Source of the DNA: Eledone cirrhosa
Taxonomy: Eukaryota
DNA length: 64,000 nt
Direction of reading: 5' to 3'
NCBI GenBank assembly: GCA_964016885.1
Contig: OZ024764.1
Coordinates: 28,892,001 to 28,956,000, forward strand
Shown: in pieces, positions 60,001 through 64,000 of the stretch
Position numbering within the stretch: position 1 is the stretch's first letter
Layout: each line of letters begins with the position of its first letter
Translations under genes and position numbers: made by a program
The notes under the pieces: model-generated
Told to the model about the DNA's origin: nothing
The model's database searches: none
Seen by the model: the letters and a program-made list of their open reading frames with translations, nothing else

Positions 60001-63000
60001 CCATCTCTCTCTTCCTCTCTCTCGTTTCATCTCTCTCTCTCGTTTCATCTCTATCTCCCTCGTTTCATCTGTCTCTCTCTCTGTCGTTTCATCTCCCTCT
60101 ATCTCTCTCTCGCTCTCTCGTTTCATCTCTCTCACCCTCTCGTTTCATCTCGCTCTCTCTCTCCTGTTTCATCTCGCTCTCTCTCTCCTGTTTCATCTCG
60201 CTCTCTACTCTCGTTTCCTCTCTCTCGTATCCTCTCTCTCGTTTCCTCTCTCTCTCGTTTCCTCTAGCTCTCACTCTCTCGTTTCATCTCGCTCTCTCTC
60301 TCTCATTTCATCTCGCTCTCTCTCTCTCGTTTCATCTCGCTCTAATCTGTCTCGTTTCATTTCGCTCTCTCTCTCTCTCGTTTCATCTCGCTCTCTCTGT
60401 CTCGTTTCATCTCGCTCTCTCTCTCTCATTTCATCTCGCTCTCGCTCTCTCATTTCATCTCGCTCTCTCTCTCTCGTTTCATCTCGCTCTCACTCTCTCA
60501 TTTCATCTCGCTCTCTCTCTCTCGTTTGATCTCGCTCTCACTCTCTCTTCCTCTCTCTCTCTTGTTTCAACACTCTAATCCCTCATTTGTTTCATCTCTC
60601 TCTTATCCCTCACTTGTTTCATCACTCTCAGAATTATTAGCCACAGGGGCAGAGATATCCATAACATTACATGTCAGAATTATTAGCCACAGGGGCAGAG
60701 ATGTCCATAACATTACATGACAGATTTATTAGCCACAGGGGCAGAGATGTCCATAACATTACATGACGAATTTATTAGCCACAGGGGCAGAGATGTCCAT
60801 AACATTACATGACAGAATTATTAGCCACAGGGGCAGAGATGTCCATAACATTACATGACATAATTATTAGCCACAGGGACAGAGATGTCCATAACATTAC
60901 ATGACAGAATTATTTGCCACAGGGGCAGAGATGTACATAACATTACATGACAATTATTAGCCCCAAGGGTAGATATGTCCATAACATTACATGACAGACT
61001 TTCATCTCGCGCTCTCTCTCTTCCTCTCTCTCGTTTCATCTCGCTCTCTCTCTCTCTCGTTTCATATCTGTCTTCCTCTCTCTCGTTCCATCTCTCTATT
61101 CCTCTCTCTCTCGTTTCATCTAGCTATCACTCTCTCGTTTCATCTCCCTCTATCTCTCTCTCGCTCTCTCGTTTCATCTCTCCCTCCCTCTCGTTTCATC
61201 TCGCTCTCTCTCTCCGGTTTCATCTCGCTCTCTCTCTCTGCTGTTTCATCTTGCTCTCTACTCTCGTTTCCTCTCTCTCGTTTCCTCTCTCTCGTTTCCT
61301 CTCTCTCTCGTTTCCTCTCTCTCTCGTTTCCTCTCTCTCTCGTTTCATCTAGCTCTCACTCTCTCGTTTCATTTCGCTCTCTCTGACTCGTTCCATCTCG
61401 CTCTCACTCTCTCGTTTCATCTCGCTCTCTCTCTCTCATTTCATCTCGCTCTCTCTCTCTCATTTCATCTCGATCTCTCTGTCTCGTTTCATCCCGCTCT
61501 CTCTGTCTCGTTTCATCTCGCTCTCTCTCTCTCATTTCATCTCGCTCTCTCTCTCTCATTTCATCTCGCTCTCTCTCACTCTCTCGTTTCATCTCACTCT
61601 CAATCTCTCATTTCATCTCGCTCTCTCTCTCTCATTTCATCTCGCGCTCTCTCTCTCTTCCTCTCTCTCGTTTCATCTCGCGCTCTCTCTCTTCCTCTCT
61701 CTCGTTTCATCTCGCTCTCTATCTCTCTCTCGTTTCATCTTGCGCTCTCTCTCTTCCTCTCTCTCGTTTCATCTCGATCTCTCTCTGTCTCGTTTCATCT
61801 CTGTCTTCCTCTCGCTCGTTCCATCTCTCTCTTCCTCTCTCTCGTTCCATCTCTCTCTTCCTCTCTCTCGTTTCATCTCTCTCTCTCGTTTCATCTTGCT
61901 CTCTCTCTCTCTCGTTTCATCTCTGTCTTCCTCTCTCTCGTTCCATCTCTCTCTTCCTCTCTCTCGTTCCATCTCTCTCTTCCTCTCTCTCGTTTCATCT
62001 CTCTCTCTCGTTTCATCTCTATCTCCCTCGTTTCATCTGTCTCTCTCTCTGTCGTTTCATCTCCCTCTATATCTCTCTCGCTCTCTCGTTTCATCTCTCT
62101 CTCCCTCTCGTTTCATCTCGCTCTCTCGCTCCTGTTTAATCTCGCTCTCTCTCTCCTGTTTCATCTCGCTCTCTACCCTCGTTTCCTCTCTCTCGTTTCG
62201 TCTCTCTCATTTCCTCTCTCTCTCGTTTCATCTAGCTCTCCCACTCTCGTTTCATCTCGCTCTCTCTGTCTCGTTCCATCTCGCTCTCACTCTCTCGTTT
62301 CATCTCGCTCTCTCTCTCTCATTTCATCTCGCTCTCTCTCTCTCATTTCATCTCGCTCTCTCTCTCTCGTTTCATCTCGCTCTCTCTGTCTCGTTTCATC
62401 TCGCTCTCGCTCTCTCTGTCTCGTTTCATCCCGCTCTCTCTCTCTCATTTCATCTCGCTCTCTCTCTCTCATTTCATCTCGCTCTCTCTCTCTCTCTCTC
62501 TCGTTTCATCTCGCTCTCACTCTCTCATTTCATCTCGCTCTCTCTCGTTTGATTTCGCTCTCACTCTCTCTTCCTCTCTCTCTCTTGTTTCAACACTCTA
62601 ATCCCTCACTTGTTTCATCTCTCTCTAATCCCTCACTTGTTTCATCTCTCACAGAATTATTAACCACAGGGGCAGAGATGTCCATAACATTACATGTCAG
62701 AATTATTAGCCACAGGGGCAGAGATGTCCATAACATTACATGTCAGAATTATTAGCCACAGGGGCAGAGATGTCCATAACATTACATGACAGATTTATTA
62801 GCCACAGGGGCAGAGATGTCCATAACATTACATGACGAATTTATTAGCAACAGGGGCAGAGATGTCCATAACATTACATGTCAGAATTATTAGCTACAGG
62901 GGCAGAGATGTCCATAACATTACATGTCACAATTATTAGCCACAGGGGCAGAGATGTCCATAACATTACATGACAGATTTATTAGCCACAGGGGCAGAGA

Positions 63001-63800
63001 TGTCCGTAACATCAAATGACAGATTTATTAGCCACAGGGGCAGAGATTCCATAACATTACATGTCAGAATTATTAGCCACAGGGGCAGAGATTTCCATAA
63101 CATTACATGACAGAATTATTAGCCACAGGGGCAGAGATGTCCATAACATTACATGACAGAATTATTAGCCACAGGGGCAGAGATGTCCATAACATTACAT
63201 GACAATTATTAGCCCCAGGGTCAGATATGTCCATGACAGAGTTTCATCTCTCGTTTCATCTCTCTCTCCCTCTCGTTTCATCTCGCTCTCTCGCTCCTGT
63301 TTCATCTCGCTCTCTACTCACGTTTCCTCTCTCTCGTTTCCTCTCTTTCTCGTTTCATCTCTCTCTCGTTTCATCTCTCTATGTCTCATTTCATCTCGCT
63401 CTCTCTCTCTCTCATTTCATCTCGTTCTCTCTCTCTCTCATTTCATCTCGCTCTCACTCTCTCGTTTCATCTCGCTCTCTCACTCTCGTTTCATCTCGCA
63501 CTCTCTCTCTCGTTTCATCTCTCTCTCTCACTCTCACTCTCTCATTTCATCTCGCTCTCTGTCTCGTGTCATCTCGCTCTCTCTGTCTCTCGTTTCATCT
63601 CGCTCTCACTCTCTCGTTTCATCTCACTCTAACTCTCTCATTTCATCTCGCTCTCCCTGTCTCGTTTCATCTCGCTCCCACTCTCTCATTTCATCTCACT
63701 CTCTTTCTCTCATTTCATCTCGCTCTCTCTCTCTTGTTTCAACACTCTAATCCCTCACTTGTTTCATCTCTCTCTAATCCCTCACTTGTTTCATCTCTCT
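51079..63800 (+). repeat. Composite satellite block 2, right arm (orientation A), 8 CT-rich modules separated by 46-bp runs
   Basis: Modules at ~51584-52428, 52795-54467, 54882-55708, 56399-57241, 57654-59388, 59803-60629, 60998-62653 and 63241-63800. Confidence 0.95.
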
Positions 63801-64000
63801 CTTGTTTCAATTCTTTCTCTCTCTCTCTCTCTCTCTCTCTTTCTATCCCCTCTCTCTGTTGTTTCATCCCCTTCTCTCCCCCTCTCTCTCTTCCCCTCTA
63901 TCTCTATTCCTCTCTCTCATCCCCTCTCTCTCTCTTCCTCTCTCTCTCTCTCTTCCTCTCTCCCCTCACCCTCTTGTTTCAACTCTCTCCTCGTTTCAAC
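63801..64000. repeat. Degenerate (CT)n-rich low-complexity tract with GTTTCA motifs
   Basis: Irregular CT runs containing TTGTTTCAA, GTTTCATC and CGTTTCAAC; continues past the window edge. Confidence 0.8.

Noticed and set aside
5575-63750. Long ORFs up to 562 aa (SLSFHLALSL / RERERDETRE types), often open in all three frames
   Set aside because: They are the translation of CT/GA-rich satellite, whose pyrimidine strand rarely forms stop codons. Frames shift freely between copies through dinucleotide slippage, and there is no domain content.

Overview
This is eukaryotic, repeat-dominated DNA. It is probably an octopus/cephalopod genome, judging from a recognisable tRNA-derived SINE family; that is inference, not a database result. 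I found no intact protein-coding gene. About 75% of the window is two blocks (4883-29720 and 41131-64000) of a composite satellite, in which short runs of a 46-bp tandem repeat alternate with 0.5-1.8 kb purine/pyrimidine-segregated modules built from GATGAAAC+(GA)n. Each block is a giant head-to-head inverted arrangement that flips strand at an identical near-perfect palindromic junction (centres 14749 and 51078). Each block is preceded by a decayed, internally deleted Helitron RepHel pseudogene on the minus strand (1546-3825, 38617-40955), and a third 5' Helitron fragment lies at 30430-31175. Together these form a ~36-37 kb Helitron+palindromic-satellite macro-unit present twice. The spacer between blocks (29.7-41.1 kb) holds SINEs, tRNA-like fragments, two adjacent long inverted repeats made of hAT/MITE-like DNA centred on TA/CA microsatellites, a 40-bp and a 55-bp minisatellite, and LTR-like GC-rich segments. 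The hundreds of Ser/Leu or Arg/Glu ORFs are artefacts of the satellite. All alignments and coordinates were read by eye.
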